From positions 39,742,001 to 39,806,000 of the forward strand of contig NC_043002.1 in the NCBI RefSeq assembly GCF_006345805.1: 64,000 nt of DNA. The letters run 5' to 3'. Under the pieces are notes generated by a model. The model saw nothing but the letters and a program-made list of their open reading frames with translations. It did no database searches and was not told where the DNA came from. Below, one piece after another: positions 1 through 12,085 of the stretch (position 1 is its first letter; each line of letters opens with the position of its first letter). The DNA comes from Octopus sinensis. Its lineage: Eukaryota. The position numbers and the translations under genes are program-made.

Positions 1-1977
1 TGTAGCTGTAGTGATACACATTTGAACTTAGACTAATTGAAACCCTATCTGAAACTAATGCAAAAGAAGACTTTATATCACTGGTAATTACTTGGCTCTT
101 CATTACAGAGTCCTGACGATGAGACACCTTCCTAGTTTCCTATGAAGTATTTTAGAAAAAAAGAAGAAAAAAAAATAGAATGAATTTCAGTCTCATTGTG
201 GTTTCATATTAAAATGCCTTAGTGATTTTAAACAGTCTTGATATAGATTTCTCTCATATTTTTTACCTGTATAACATCTCTCAATATACACTCTTATACA
301 TTCCAGGTAAGTTCTTATTGTTTTTGTTTGTTTGATTGTTTCTTTGTCAGATTCCCTTTTAAATATTTCCGTTCACCACTGAATTTTGGTGACACCAAAA
401 CTATTAAAACATTTTGTGCTCCTTTGGTTCCAACATTACAGCGAACATTCAGTTCAGGCTGAAACCATATAACACAAGTGCCATTTTGTCTCATATATTT
501 ATATATGTATGTATATATATATGTATGTGTGTGTGTGTGTGTGTGTAATATATTCATAGATGTGTTTGATGTGATATAGAGGCCAATGATATTTGCTTCC
601 ACCCCATCTCCCCTGCCCCACAAAAAAAAAGATTCCAGGCTTTATCTTTGTAAATGTACCAGATACGTCTCATATTCAGACAGCTGGTAAATGAAGAGCC
701 AATTTCCTTGTACATTCCAGATCCCCCCTTCAGATTTGCAATGATGTTTCTACCTACCTACCTTGATTGTAAAGCCTTACAATATTTCATAGCTGAAGAC
801 AGACTTGACTCTTTTCTTTGTCATTGTTGATCAATGTAATCGATGTTTGTGAATGAATCTTTTAAATTCCAGATATACAAAGAGAAGATGTGCAAATCTA
901 AATCCCTTTCTTGGTAGTTATTATTTGTGAATGTAAACTTTGGAATATTTTATATGGCATCACTGGTGTTTGTTTTATCTTTTACTGTTGTTGTTGTTGT
1001 TTATTTATCTCTTACTCCAACCATTTCTATATTTTATATGGTTTGCAGTGCTACTAATTTCTTTGATTACTTTTAAGATATTTCATTTGTTTTTGTTTGT
1101 TTCTTTTTATCTGCTGTCTTTAATGCCTATCTACATTTAGTAACAATCAGATAAAAAGGATTTTACTTTCTCGTTCATTTATTATTCAGCAGATTTCGGT
1201 GGGTATAAGATGTTTTGGCACAACCATTTCAGTGTTGCTGATTTGATGCTGACTTATTTGACATTAGCCATTTTTAAGGTTTCTCTCATTTTCTCTCTTC
1301 CTTCCCCATCTTGCTTTCTCTCTCTGTTTATGTGTGTGAGCATATTTCTCTTTATATGTATGAGGAGAAGGAAAGTGTTTATGTCAATTATTCTCAATTA
1401 ATAAATTGTAATGTATTTCTCTTTTTTATCTGTATGTGGATATTTCTGCATGTATGCATGCATGTATTTGCCTTCAGTGCCAAAATGTTGTGTTGCCAAA
1501 ACAGGTTGAAAATCTAGTCAGCCATGCCAAATCATCAGCATCCATACAACTGTGCCCAATTGACTCATTTGGATGTAGTAGGTGCCATTATTATTAGCAG
1601 AGCATTTCATCTCACAGTTACATTTTTTATGGTAAAGAACAGAAGTAGTGTGATCAAAATCAAGCAATGCTTTTTTGGTTTGTCTTATTAACCTGAGGTT
1701 TAATTTTCTTTTATATTGCCTTTTGCTTTTCTAATTTGTAACTTACATGAAATCATCAATATATTTTCTAACATGACTTTATAAGGAAGTAATTATTTTA
1801 ACATATTTGCTTGGATAATGTTTTTAAAAATTTCTTTTAATCTACAGCTATTTTACAACAGTGTTAGAATGTAAAAATCTGAATCAAAATCTTAATCATA
1901 TCCTTCTTGCTCTTACTATAAGAACATACTGCTATTTTTGAAAGTGTGTAATGAATTAGAAATTAACATTTTGCAAG

Positions 1978-2066
1978 ATTTTGTCCACTCTAAAACTAGA
2001 AAGACATACCATATTCTCTGGCATGCAAGTTGAATTTTTTGGATCAAAATTTACAGCCAAAGAAAG
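1978..2066 (+). CDS. Putative exon, possibly the first coding exon of the PGGT1B-like copy 1 remnant
   Basis: TTTTGCAAG acceptor; open frame ILSTLKLERHTIFSGMQVEFFGSKFTAKE; strong donor AAG|GTAAGT at 2066 in phase 2, matching the phase of 6513. No recognisable homology. Confidence 0.25.
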
Positions 2067-2978
2067 GTAAGTTGACTTACATGCAAAGACAACGTTGGAG
2101 GAACAAAAATTTCATGTGAAATGCAGCAGGATTTGGAACAATAGTGACAATGTTTGAATGTTTACACTACATGTTTTCACTTTAAACTACATCAACTTGT
2201 ATGCCAGAAAATATATCACTCTGTGGTGAGAATCTATCATGGTTATTTAATTTATATACTTCCTAGCCTAAAATAAAAGTCTAGTTGTTATAATCTGTTG
2301 GTATTATTTAGTGAATACTATCTCTAGAGTTTAAGAACAGTATTAATTGCTGTATTTCTAATTTGAGCAGCTTCTTATTTTGGGGTAATAAAAAAATAAA
2401 GATTATTTTTCAGAATGTCATTAATAAAGAGGAAAAGACTGAGGTAAAAATCTGAAGATAATTAAATTTTCAATTAACTAGTTTTCATTATGATGTGTAA
2501 AATTATTGGACAAAATCTAATGTTGGTTATTGACATTGCTAACACAAGGTGGTGTAACATGGTTTTTTCTGACATTGCTAAGATATGGCTACAGTGTTAT
2601 TTAATGACATTATGTTGATAGACTGTGCACCAGTAAATGTTTCTACTGAGGCATATTCCAGCCTCACAGCCTAACTAAAAATAAATGGCACTACACATGC
2701 TTAACTTCTGATTTCATATCTCAGCAAAGTCATCTTGCCTTACATCTATCTGCAGTTGATAAAAATTAGTATAATTGACTATATCCACCTCTAAAGTTGT
2801 AGTCTTGTGTCAGTGTCAGAACTCACTGTAATTTTCATAGATCTGCCAAAATCAATCAACTTCTTTTTTAACTACACTAACTTTCCAGAAAGAAGAACAA
2901 CACTGAAAAATTATGAAAGCAGCTTTGCATTTGCTTTACACTCTGCATTTCGTTTATAAATTTAAAATTTAATCATTT

Positions 2979-3195
2979 AAGGTGGCAAACAGGCAGAATC
3001 ATTAGCACTCCAGGCAAAATGCTTAGTGGCATTTCATCTGTTTTTGCATTCTGAGTTCAAATTCCAGCAAAGTCAGCTTTACCTTTCATCCTTTCTGAGT
3101 CAATAAATTAAGTACCAGTGAAACACTGGGGTCGATGGAATCAACTAGTTCCCTCCCCAAAAATTTCAGGCCTTGCGCCTTTAGTAGAAAGCATT
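2979..3195 (+). mobile_element. tRNA-derived SINE (family B; B-box GAGTTCAAAT)
   Basis: Same consensus recurs at ~4150-4365, 8113-8345, 15780-16025, 23826-24040 and 49095-50215. Confidence 0.8.
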
Positions 3196-3597
3196 GTTTG
3201 GGGCTGAAAAAAATTTACATGTTCTTGTATAATAAAATCCTGTATCATGATGATTCATAGCAAGTCTGAGAACATGATGTTTAATGCCAAAGAAAATCCC
3301 CTTCCATCTTATTAAGTAAATAATTAAACATATGAAAGACAGTAAGAAAGAAATAATTTTTAGTGTACTTAGTGACTTTGCTAAGACGAGACTTTTCGTA
3401 CAGTTACAATGCCAACCTTCCAGACACTGATGGCATGGAACCTCTTATAATCCACACTAATTTATGGGCAGAAACTTCAAATTGCTGCAACTGCTAGATT
3501 ATTTCATTTATACAATGCACAATATAGTATTAATAAATTTGTATCATTTATGCTAATGTACAGGTACTTATATTTCATTTAATTATTTAAGTAAATT

Positions 3598-4132
3598 TAA
3601 CTCTTTAACATTCAGATTACTGTCAAACATAATGCTTATTTATTTAAATTGTTTTGTATTATAATGAAGGCACATGGCATCTTGCTCACAATCATGAGGT
3701 AGTGAGTTCAATTCCCAGACTGGGCTGTATGCTGTGTTCTTGAGCAAGACACTTTATTTTAACGTTGCTCCAGTTCATTCAGCTGTAGAAATGAGTTGCG
3801 ATATCATTGGTGCCAAGTTGTATTGGTCTTTACCTTTCCCTTGGATAACATCGGTGGTGTGGAGAGGAGAGGCTGGTATGCATGGGCGACTGATTGTCTT
3901 CCATAAACAACCTTGCCTGGACTTGTGCCTTGGAAGGTAACTTTCTAGGTGCAGTCCATGGTAATTCATGACTGAAGGGAGTCTTACCCTTTTTTATCTT
4001 TCACCCTTTGTATTAATCATGCATTATCTCATAGCTTTGAGATTTCAATGAGCTGATTGTTTATTTTTAGAATGTCAAAGTAAGGTAGGTGTGAGAGGCT
4101 AGATATGGCCAGTCTAAATGCTAAAAGGTTAA
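3598..4132. mobile_element. TTAA-flanked (piggyBac-type) MITE interrupted by a SINE
   Basis: TTAA..CTTTAACATTCAG and TAAATGCTAAAAGG-TTAA ends. Same family at ~12980-13207, 50713-50942 and 63114-63340. Inserted SINE (3664-4005) is flanked by a TTTGTATTA duplication. Confidence 0.7.
3664..4005 (+). mobile_element. tRNA-derived SINE (family D)
   Basis: GAGTTCAATTCCC B-box, TTGAGCAAGACAC core, pyrimidine tail, 9-bp TSD. Confidence 0.75.
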
Positions 4133-5104
4133 TATTTCTTTAATTTTTGGCAGTGAACTGGCAGAATCTTTAGCAGACCAAATAAAATGTCATGCAGCAT
4201 TTCATCTCTCTTTATGTTCTGTGTTCAAATGCCACTGGAGTTGACTTTGCTTTTCATCCTTTGAAGGTCAATAAAATAAATATCAGCTGAGCACTGGGGG
4301 TGACCTAATCGATTTAACCCTTTCCCTGAAATTGCTGGCCTTCTGCCAAAATTTGAAACCAGTATTTCTTTAATTTAGAGTGTGTTGACCAAGGGACCAC
4401 CATAAAGGCTTTGGAATCAATGGTTCTGGAAAATCCATGTCGTATGTTTATCTTGTTTACTGAAATTGCTAAGACAAAATTCTGTAGTTACGTTGTTTTT
4501 CTGATATTGCTAAGATTAGACTTTGAAGTGTGTTGTTTACTAATATTGCAAAGCACATTTTAATTTGTTGTTTACTGGAAGTCATGGAAATCTAGAATGT
4601 TTATTGACAACGCTGGGATTTTGCTCGGTAGTTCAACTGCACAGAGGAAATATAAAATGAGAAGTAATATGGTTATTTCTCTTATTCAATCAGCTCTATT
4701 GTTGATGAGCCCCACCAACACTTTATCCTGTATGATATCAGTTTCTCCTTTACATCCTGGAATTCAGTTTATTTCCCAAACAACTTGAAAATAAGTTCTA
4801 AAAATAAATTGTAAGGAAATAAATAAAAGGGTTTGGACAATTGACGTTTATGAGTGAGAAAGCAATAAGAAACAAGAACTCAAGTATATCTCTGTTTGCA
4901 GCTAAAACTTGTGAAATACCAACTTAAATTAACAGACAACACATTGCAAATGACGCAGTTTCCATGTTTTTGGTCAACCAACACAATATCTGTTAACATG
5001 GTATCCACTATGGGATCCCACTACTTGCTAGAAATAGCTGCCAAACCTCCATCAAATCATGCTCTCATTAATTCATTTCTTATCTATTTTCTCCATACTA
5101 GTAT

Positions 5105-5520
5105 AGGTTAGAGATTTTGAAAAAGCATTTGATAGTGTAGATAGGGAAGGCTTACAAAAAATTATGCAACACTACGGCATACCAGACAAGTATATATCTA
5201 TAATAAGAGCAACTAACCTATGGCAAAGAACAAATCAAGTTTCGATTAGGGAGCAAATATTTAAGAAAAAGTGGAAGTGGATTGGTAGCACAATTACAAA
5301 AGACACACCAAATGTAGCGAAAAGTGCTTTACAGTGGAATTCGGATGGATATAGAAAGAAAGGTAGGCCTAAGAACTCGTGGCGTAGATTAACACAAAAG
5401 GAACTAGAGAAAGGGGGACATTCATGGCAGAGTATAAGTACAGAAGCGAAAAATTATGCGACATGGAATTCAATTATAAGTGGCCTATACTCTGCTTTGG
5501 AGGGTTAAAGGCAGAAAAAA
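5105..5520 (+). mobile_element. RTE-clade LINE fragment (RT motif joined by an internal deletion to the ORF 3' end)
   Basis: DFEKAFDSVDRE..HYGIP motif followed directly by LWQRTNQ..KWKWIG..KGRPKNSWRR; A-rich end. Confidence 0.8.
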
Positions 5521-8112
5521 AAATATAGGTTAGACAAATACATATTACTGTGGTATTGTTTTACAGCCAGCTACCCTTCCTGTTGCTCTAAATCTTTTTT
5601 TTTTAAGTAAGGTAGTTTTCACTCGCTCGTCTTCAAAAATGCAGAGTTACTGGATTTGCTGAATGGAGAATGTCTTTAGCTTGGCTCAGGGTAGCATGTA
5701 CACATACACACATGCACATACCATCTCCTACCCCCACCACACATACAACTGGTTTTGTGCAGTTTCTGCCTACCAAATTAACTATAAATACTTTGCTCAG
5801 CCAGGGTCTGTAGCATTGTACAATTGTCAAGTTGTTGCTCAGTGGGACTGAAGCAGACATCTTAACTACATAGCTGTCTCTACATCTAAGCACTTGCCCA
5901 AGATGCTATGCAGTGGGATTGAAAGGCTAAACTGACTCAGTAGAGGATGTAGCCTTACATTGCTTGAAAATACTTCTAGTCAAGGTTGGAATGTGTTTGC
6001 TTACAGGTCTGCCTGACCAGGGTTCCCATGGCTAAACAAGAGCAATCTCTGCCAATTCTCCCTCAGCAAACTTCCTGCTATTTACAAAAGATGTTAATAT
6101 ATTTTAAGCTCTTCAGGACATGGTCCAGTGTAACGATATGATACTCATTTAGATAAGTGGAATTTTTTTAGATTCTGATATTACTAATGCAAGACTTGTT
6201 TTGTCATAGGTCAAATCTGTGCTTATTATCATTGCCCAAATTCGATTTTACTCTGATGTTGCACAAGAATCTACACAAATTACTGAACATAATTCTTATC
6301 TTTAAGGATAAATTTTTAACACTGAATTTGAATTACAGAGATGTGTAGTCATATAATTTTATTTTCAGCTTAACCAATTATCTTTTTTTTCTATTAGAAT
6401 TAAGTACATACTGAATATAGTAAATTCACTTGTATCTCTTTGGAGATGAGGCAGTTTTTGATTATTATTTCTTTTTCTTTTAACCCTTCAACTGTGAAAT
6501 GAAATTTTATAGTTATTCCTGTAATGATGTTGAATATCTACCAAAAAATATAATGGATATTTTCTGCAAGTCACATTACCTCAACAAACTTGATGTGTCT
6601 CAACAGAAAATAGTTTTAAACAAACATGACATTCCCCAAACAAAAGATGGATTGGTATAAAAACTGCTTTCTGTGGTTAAGGGTAATGGAATTTTTGAGT
6701 GGATATGTCTGATTTCTACAAAGAAGAAGGCGAAGGAAATTATTTTGTTGAAAAACACACTCATTTGATTGCAGTCAACCAAGAAATCCAGTTTCACTAA
6801 ATAACTATACAAAAAAAAAACCTTCTAGATTTTTGTTGTTTGTTTTGTTTGCTTTTTTCCCCGTACCACTTCCATACTATTGAATGTGCTGTCAGTTGTT
6901 TAAACTTTTTATGATTTTCTTAATTTATAAACCTTTTGAAGAAAATATACTGGAGTGGTTTAAGATTCCTACTCCTAGCCTATAAGAGGGCTTGAACCCA
7001 GCATGGAATGCTAATGAAATGTTCCTCAGTTTTACAATGTTCCCTTTGCTTATAACATGAAGCTGCATAATTTGATGTTACCCAATGGAAATCAAGTCGA
7101 TTGGAATCAACAACAGCTAAATGTATTGACCTTAGACAAGGTGATAATTGTAATAGCTTTTGACTGAGATAAGGATTACTAAAAGATTAGCTGAGGAAAT
7201 AAATCTTTAGATTACATCCTTTGAGTGCTACCTTCTGATGAAAATCGGTTTCCATCACTGTCTTCTAGCACCCCAAGATTACTAGAATATCACAAAAACA
7301 GATGGGTTCTTTCAATCAACTATGCTCTTCTATTATTAAAATTTCCCTCATGTGTAGGTGGAAAGAAATTTACACAACCATATTTAATCAGATTCCTTAT
7401 GATATGCAGGTAAGAGGAATTTGGTGAGTTGATGAGGTTTATATATTTCTGATTTAATATGATTTTATATCATTTTCTTTATATAATGAAATATAAGGTC
7501 ATATTTTTTTTCCTAAAAATTTGTGCTTCATATATATGTCCTTATATTTGAATATTTATAAGTCTTTTACAATTTTTTCCTTACCAGTGGGTGGGTGGGG
7601 ATAAGGGAAAGCATTTTCACCAGCAAAAAAAAAGGTCACTTTATATTTAATGTTAAGTTAGATTCAAGCATATGCAGTAATTAGTTTCTTTGAAAAAACC
7701 AAATTGTTATTGCTTGTATTGTCAATGTTGCTAAATACTGCATCAATTAAGTATGAATGTGCAGGATTTAGTGTGGAGTTTTCATAAACAATACTTTTGC
7801 TGCTGTTACTTAATATATATTTATAAGTGCTATTATTTAATTTTCTAAAGTGAGAACAAAGTAGAGGTTATATTTTCCTAAATGAAAGGGCTTTCAATTA
7901 TTCAAAATACTCAAAATAAACTAGATGCACTCACCAAACAGATTAACTGAATGGCATGTGATTTTGAACAATGGATACTAAAGCATAAAAGAATATGATT
8001 TGGGTGCATATGTAGATTTTTATGTATTTTTCTTCAGAAAGACACACATACTTATCACAATTTATACTTATTTAGAAAAGGAATAGGTGCCATGATGTCT
8101 AGGAAAGTTAAC

Positions 8113-8345
8113 CTATTTCTTTACTACCCACAAGGGGCTAAACTCAGAGGGGACAAATAAGGACAGACAAACGGATTAAGTCGATTATACTGACCCCAGT
8201 GCATAACTGGTACTTATTTAATCGACCCCAAAAGGATGAAAAGCAAAGTTGACCTCAGCGGAATTTGAACTCAGAACGTAGTGGCAGACGAAATACTGCA
8301 AAGCATTTCGCCCAGTGTGCTAACGTTTCTGCCAGCTCACCCTGC
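8113..8345 (-). mobile_element. tRNA-derived SINE (family B), well preserved
   Basis: Reverse complement of the 23826-24040 copy; B-box GAGTTCAAATTC. Confidence 0.85.
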
Positions 8346-8849
8346 TACAGACTAAGATCATATCCAATGGAAATTTGTCAATTATTTGATTAAAAAAAAA
8401 AGAGAAAAGGGTTGGTAGGAAAGTATTATTGTGAATCAGTGTATCTTTGGGTAAGAGTGGATCTGACTATAAATAAAGCAACTAACACAAACAGCCTTGC
8501 AATATGAATTTTGGTAACAACCCTCCACTCTCTGCTATCAATCCTTCAAAGGCACCACTACCTGCATTCAAGCCTGCTTGTATGTTATCAAAGTTAAACT
8601 TGTATGGTAGGGTGATATGAAATGGTATAAATATCACACACTTCTCAAAGTATCCAGTTGCTAATATCAACAATATTAATAGCAATAACAACAGTTTCAG
8701 GTCTCATTTTATGAAATATATTTCAATATTTTTATAATATTAATTATATGTGTGTGTGTGTGTGTGTGTCTAGTCATTCAAAGGAAACAATTCACTTTTT
8801 CTGTGCTCATTTTTCAAAAAAGATTCATGATGCTTCACTTAGCCTAATG

Positions 8850-9487
8850 CAGTGGTTCTCAACTGGGTTCCATATGGTCCTTGGGGTCCACAAAAGATTT
8901 TGTTGTTAAAAATTTATCTGCAATAAATTGGTTGTACCTCTACAATACACAAAATATTTAATTTTTTTAATACAATTTTTAGGTGTAGGAGTGGCTGTGT
9001 GGTAAGTAGCTTGCTTACGAACCGCATGGTTCCGGGTTCAGTCCCACTGCATGGCACCTTGGGCAAGTGTCTTCTATTATAGCCTCGGGCCGACCAAAGC
9101 CTTGTGAGTGGATTTGGTAGACGGAAACTGAAAGAAGCCTGTCATATATATATATGTGTGTGTGTCTATGTTTGTCCCCCCAACATCACTTGACAACCGA
9201 TGCTGGTGCGTTTATGGCCCCGTAACTTAGCAGTTTGGCGAAAGAGCCTGATAGAATAAGTACTGGGCTTACAAAGAATAAGTCCTGGTGTCGATTTGCT
9301 CAATTAAAGGTGGTACTCCAGCATGGCCACAGTCAAATGACTGAAACAAGTAAGAGTAAATTAATAATAATATTTAATGATAAAAATATAATAGGATTTT
9401 TTAAAACATTGAATGGTTATAGGGGTCCAGTAGAGTAAGATAGGAATCAAAGGGGTCCATAGACAAAAAAATGGTTGAGAACTACTG
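8850..9487. mobile_element. hAT-type MITE containing a nested SINE
   Basis: TIRs CAGTGGTTCTCAAC / GTTGAGAACTACTG; 8-bp TSD GCCTAATG / GACTAATG (1 mismatch). Confidence 0.75.
8982..9360 (+). mobile_element. tRNA-derived SINE (family A, most abundant in the window)
   Basis: A-box-like GTGGCTGTGTGG, B-box GGGTTCAGTCCC, central microsatellite, GAAACAAGTAA tail. Copies at ~11690-12085, 12560-12960, 22810-23210, 25880-26285, 40483-40880, 42385-42730, 46868-47270, 56250-56700 and others. Confidence 0.85.
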
Positions 9488-11714
9488 GACTAATGTATAT
9501 AGTTAGTTCTATTGCATTGTGCTATCAGAGTGACAAAGTTTGCCATACAATTATAGCTAACTTCTATGCCGTTTTTATTCAGTAGTTTGTTTGTTTAGAA
9601 AAATGTATTTTGATCAATGCTAGAGAATATTTAGGCAATATTTAATGTTGTAATCATGCTACTATTATTATTATCATCGTCCCCATTATTTAATGCCCAT
9701 CTTCCATGCTCGCATGGGATGGTTTAACAGGATGGTTTAAACTCACATGGGAAGTTTAACAGGATCCAACAATCCAAAGGATTGAGCTGAGAACCAATGG
9801 CATGGTTTTTATGACTTCCTAGTGTCAACTACTTTCAAGAGTGTACTGAGTACTTTTTTGGTGGGGACACTAGTGAGGTCACCAGCTAACTTGCAAGGCA
9901 AAAAATCCCCCTTTCAGTGGGGACATCCCCACTGAGTCAAAGGGGTTTTTTTAGTAGAGAGGAAATGATTGATGGACTACACAGGTTTATTGTTGTATCG
10001 GAGATACATGACTATTCTTCTGTTCTATGAGGACATGTGGGAGTAGCTGGAGCGAGAGATGCTGAAGGTGGTGATAAGGTATCAGAGCATACTCTCAATG
10101 TACAAGAAGGTGAATATAAGAAAGAAAAGGGGACAGACGATCTGGGAAAGGTGGGTGGCTAAATTTACAAGAGTGTGAAAGGAGAGTGATGGATGATTAG
10201 AGATGGGGGTAAATGGGAATATAGTGAGTAGTGAACAAAAGATTGAGCTGTGGTTGATGATAAATATGGGTTTGGGAGGGGAAAGTTTAGAAACGAAGAA
10301 GTAATAATCTGCAGCACAACATACCTGAAGTGGAGTGGCTGCTACAGTACCACCGGCCTTTCTCTGTGACTATACCACTGTAGTCATTACCATGAGGTAC
10401 AGCTGAGCATACCATTTGTTCTGGGTTGTGTGGCCCATTGCCTCCTCCCACTCCATTTTCAGCTGCTTTACTCCCCTCCCTTTTTCTTTCTTTTCCTTTT
10501 TATATTTCTTTGTTTTATTATACTGTTACTATTGTTTCTTTTAATTAATAATGGTGGGTAAATTTTGGGAAAAAAAACTGCTTTTAGAAACCAGATGAAT
10601 TCCCTTCTGTTAATCATTTAGTTATAAAGTAGAAATGATACATATTTCCAGCAGTTTTAGTAGACCTTATCTTTCATCAGTCTAACTTTGATTACAGAAA
10701 TATCACTAATCCATTTGTAGCTAAGCCAGAAATTATTTTGTTTTTTTTAGATGATCTGATGAATGTCCTAGTGGACAGTTATCATCAACCACAGCTCAAT
10801 CTTTTGTTCACTACTCACTATATTCCCATTTACCCCCATCTCTAATCATCCATCACTCTCCTTTCACACTCTTGTAAATTTAGCCACCCACCTTTCCCAG
10901 ATCGTCTGTCCCCTTTTCTTTCTTATATTCACCTTCTTGTACATTGAGAGTATGCTCTGATACCTTATCACCACCTTCAGCATCTCTCGCTCCAGCTACT
11001 CCCACATGTCCTCATAGAACAGAAGAATAGTCATGTATCTCCGATACAACAATAAACCTGTGTAGTCCATCAATCATTTCCTCTCTACTAAAAAAACCCC
11101 TTTGACTCAGTGGGGATGTCCCCACTGAAAGGGGGATTTTTTGCCTTGCAAGTTAGCTGGTGACCTCACTAGTGTCCCCACCAAAAAAGTACTCAGTACA
11201 CTCTTGAAAGTAGTTGACACTAGGAAGTCATAAAAACCATGTCATTGGTTCTCAGCTCAATCCTTTGGATTGTTGGATCCTGTTAAACTTCCCATGTGAG
11301 TTTAAACCATCCTGTTAAACCATCCCATGCGAGCATGGAAGATGGGCATTAAATAATGGGGACGATGATAATAATAATAATAGTAGCATGATTACAACAT
11401 TAAATATTGCCTAAATATTCTCTAGCATTGATCAAAATACATTTTTCTAAACAAACAAACTACTGAATAAAAACGGCATAGAAGTTAGCTATAATTGTAT
11501 GGCAAACTTTGTCACTCTGATAGCACAATGCAATAGAACTAACTATATACATTATTCCAGTAGTTCTCAACCATTTTTTTGTCTATGGACCCCTTTGATT
11601 CCTATCTTACTCTACTGGACCCCTATAACTATTCAATGTTTTAAAAAATCCTATTATATTTTTATCATTAAATATTATTATTAATTTACTCTTACTTGTT
11701 TCAGTCATTTGACT
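9331..11714. repeat. Near-perfect long inverted repeat: arms 9331-10263 and 10779-11714, spacer 515 bp
   Basis: Direct reverse-complement reading. I saw 3 substitutions and one TTA indel in ~935 bp. Confidence 0.95.
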
Positions 11715-12085
11715 GTGACCATGCTGGAGCACCGCCTTTAGTCAAGCAAATCGACCCCAGAACTTATTCTTTGTAAGCCTAGTGCTTATTCTATTGGTCT
11801 CTCTTGCTGAACCGCTAAGTTAAGGGGGTGTAAACAAACCACCATCGGTTGTCAAGTGATGTTGGGGGGACAAACACAAACACATAAACACACACACATA
11901 CATACATATATATATATATATGACGGGCTTCTTTCAGTTTCCGTCTACCAAATCCACTCACAAGGCTTTGGTCGGCCTGAGGCTATAGTAGGAGACACTT
12001 GCCCAAGGTGCCACACAGTGGGAATGAACCCAGAACCATGAGGTTGGTAAGCAAGCTACTTACCACACAGCCACTCCTGCACCTA
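11690..12085 (-). mobile_element. SINE family A, inverted relative to 8982-9360
   Basis: Consensus match on the minus strand; its 3' tail is shared with the inverted-repeat arm. Confidence 0.85.

Noticed and set aside
307-350. 44-nt GTAAGT..CAG micro-intron
   Set aside because: Splicing across it puts a stop in frame immediately, and it is implausibly short for this genome type.
663-830. SPRY/TRIM36-like YLDC motif (TRIM36 neighbours PGGT1B in human)
   Set aside because: Only a 3-4 residue match; no other SPRY motifs in order.
6513-7409. ADAR/ADAT deaminase-like resemblance (SCND, LMCRW)
   Set aside because: Lacks the WNV.G and zinc-ligand context; PGGT1B explains the wider region better.
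8482-8691. Minus-strand ORF FDNIQAG..GAFEGLIA
   Set aside because: Antisense shadow of the plus-strand NPSKAP segment; no splice support.
8982-9060. tRNA gene
   Set aside because: Has A/B boxes but no complete cloverleaf and continues into a SINE body; the same holds for the other SINE heads.
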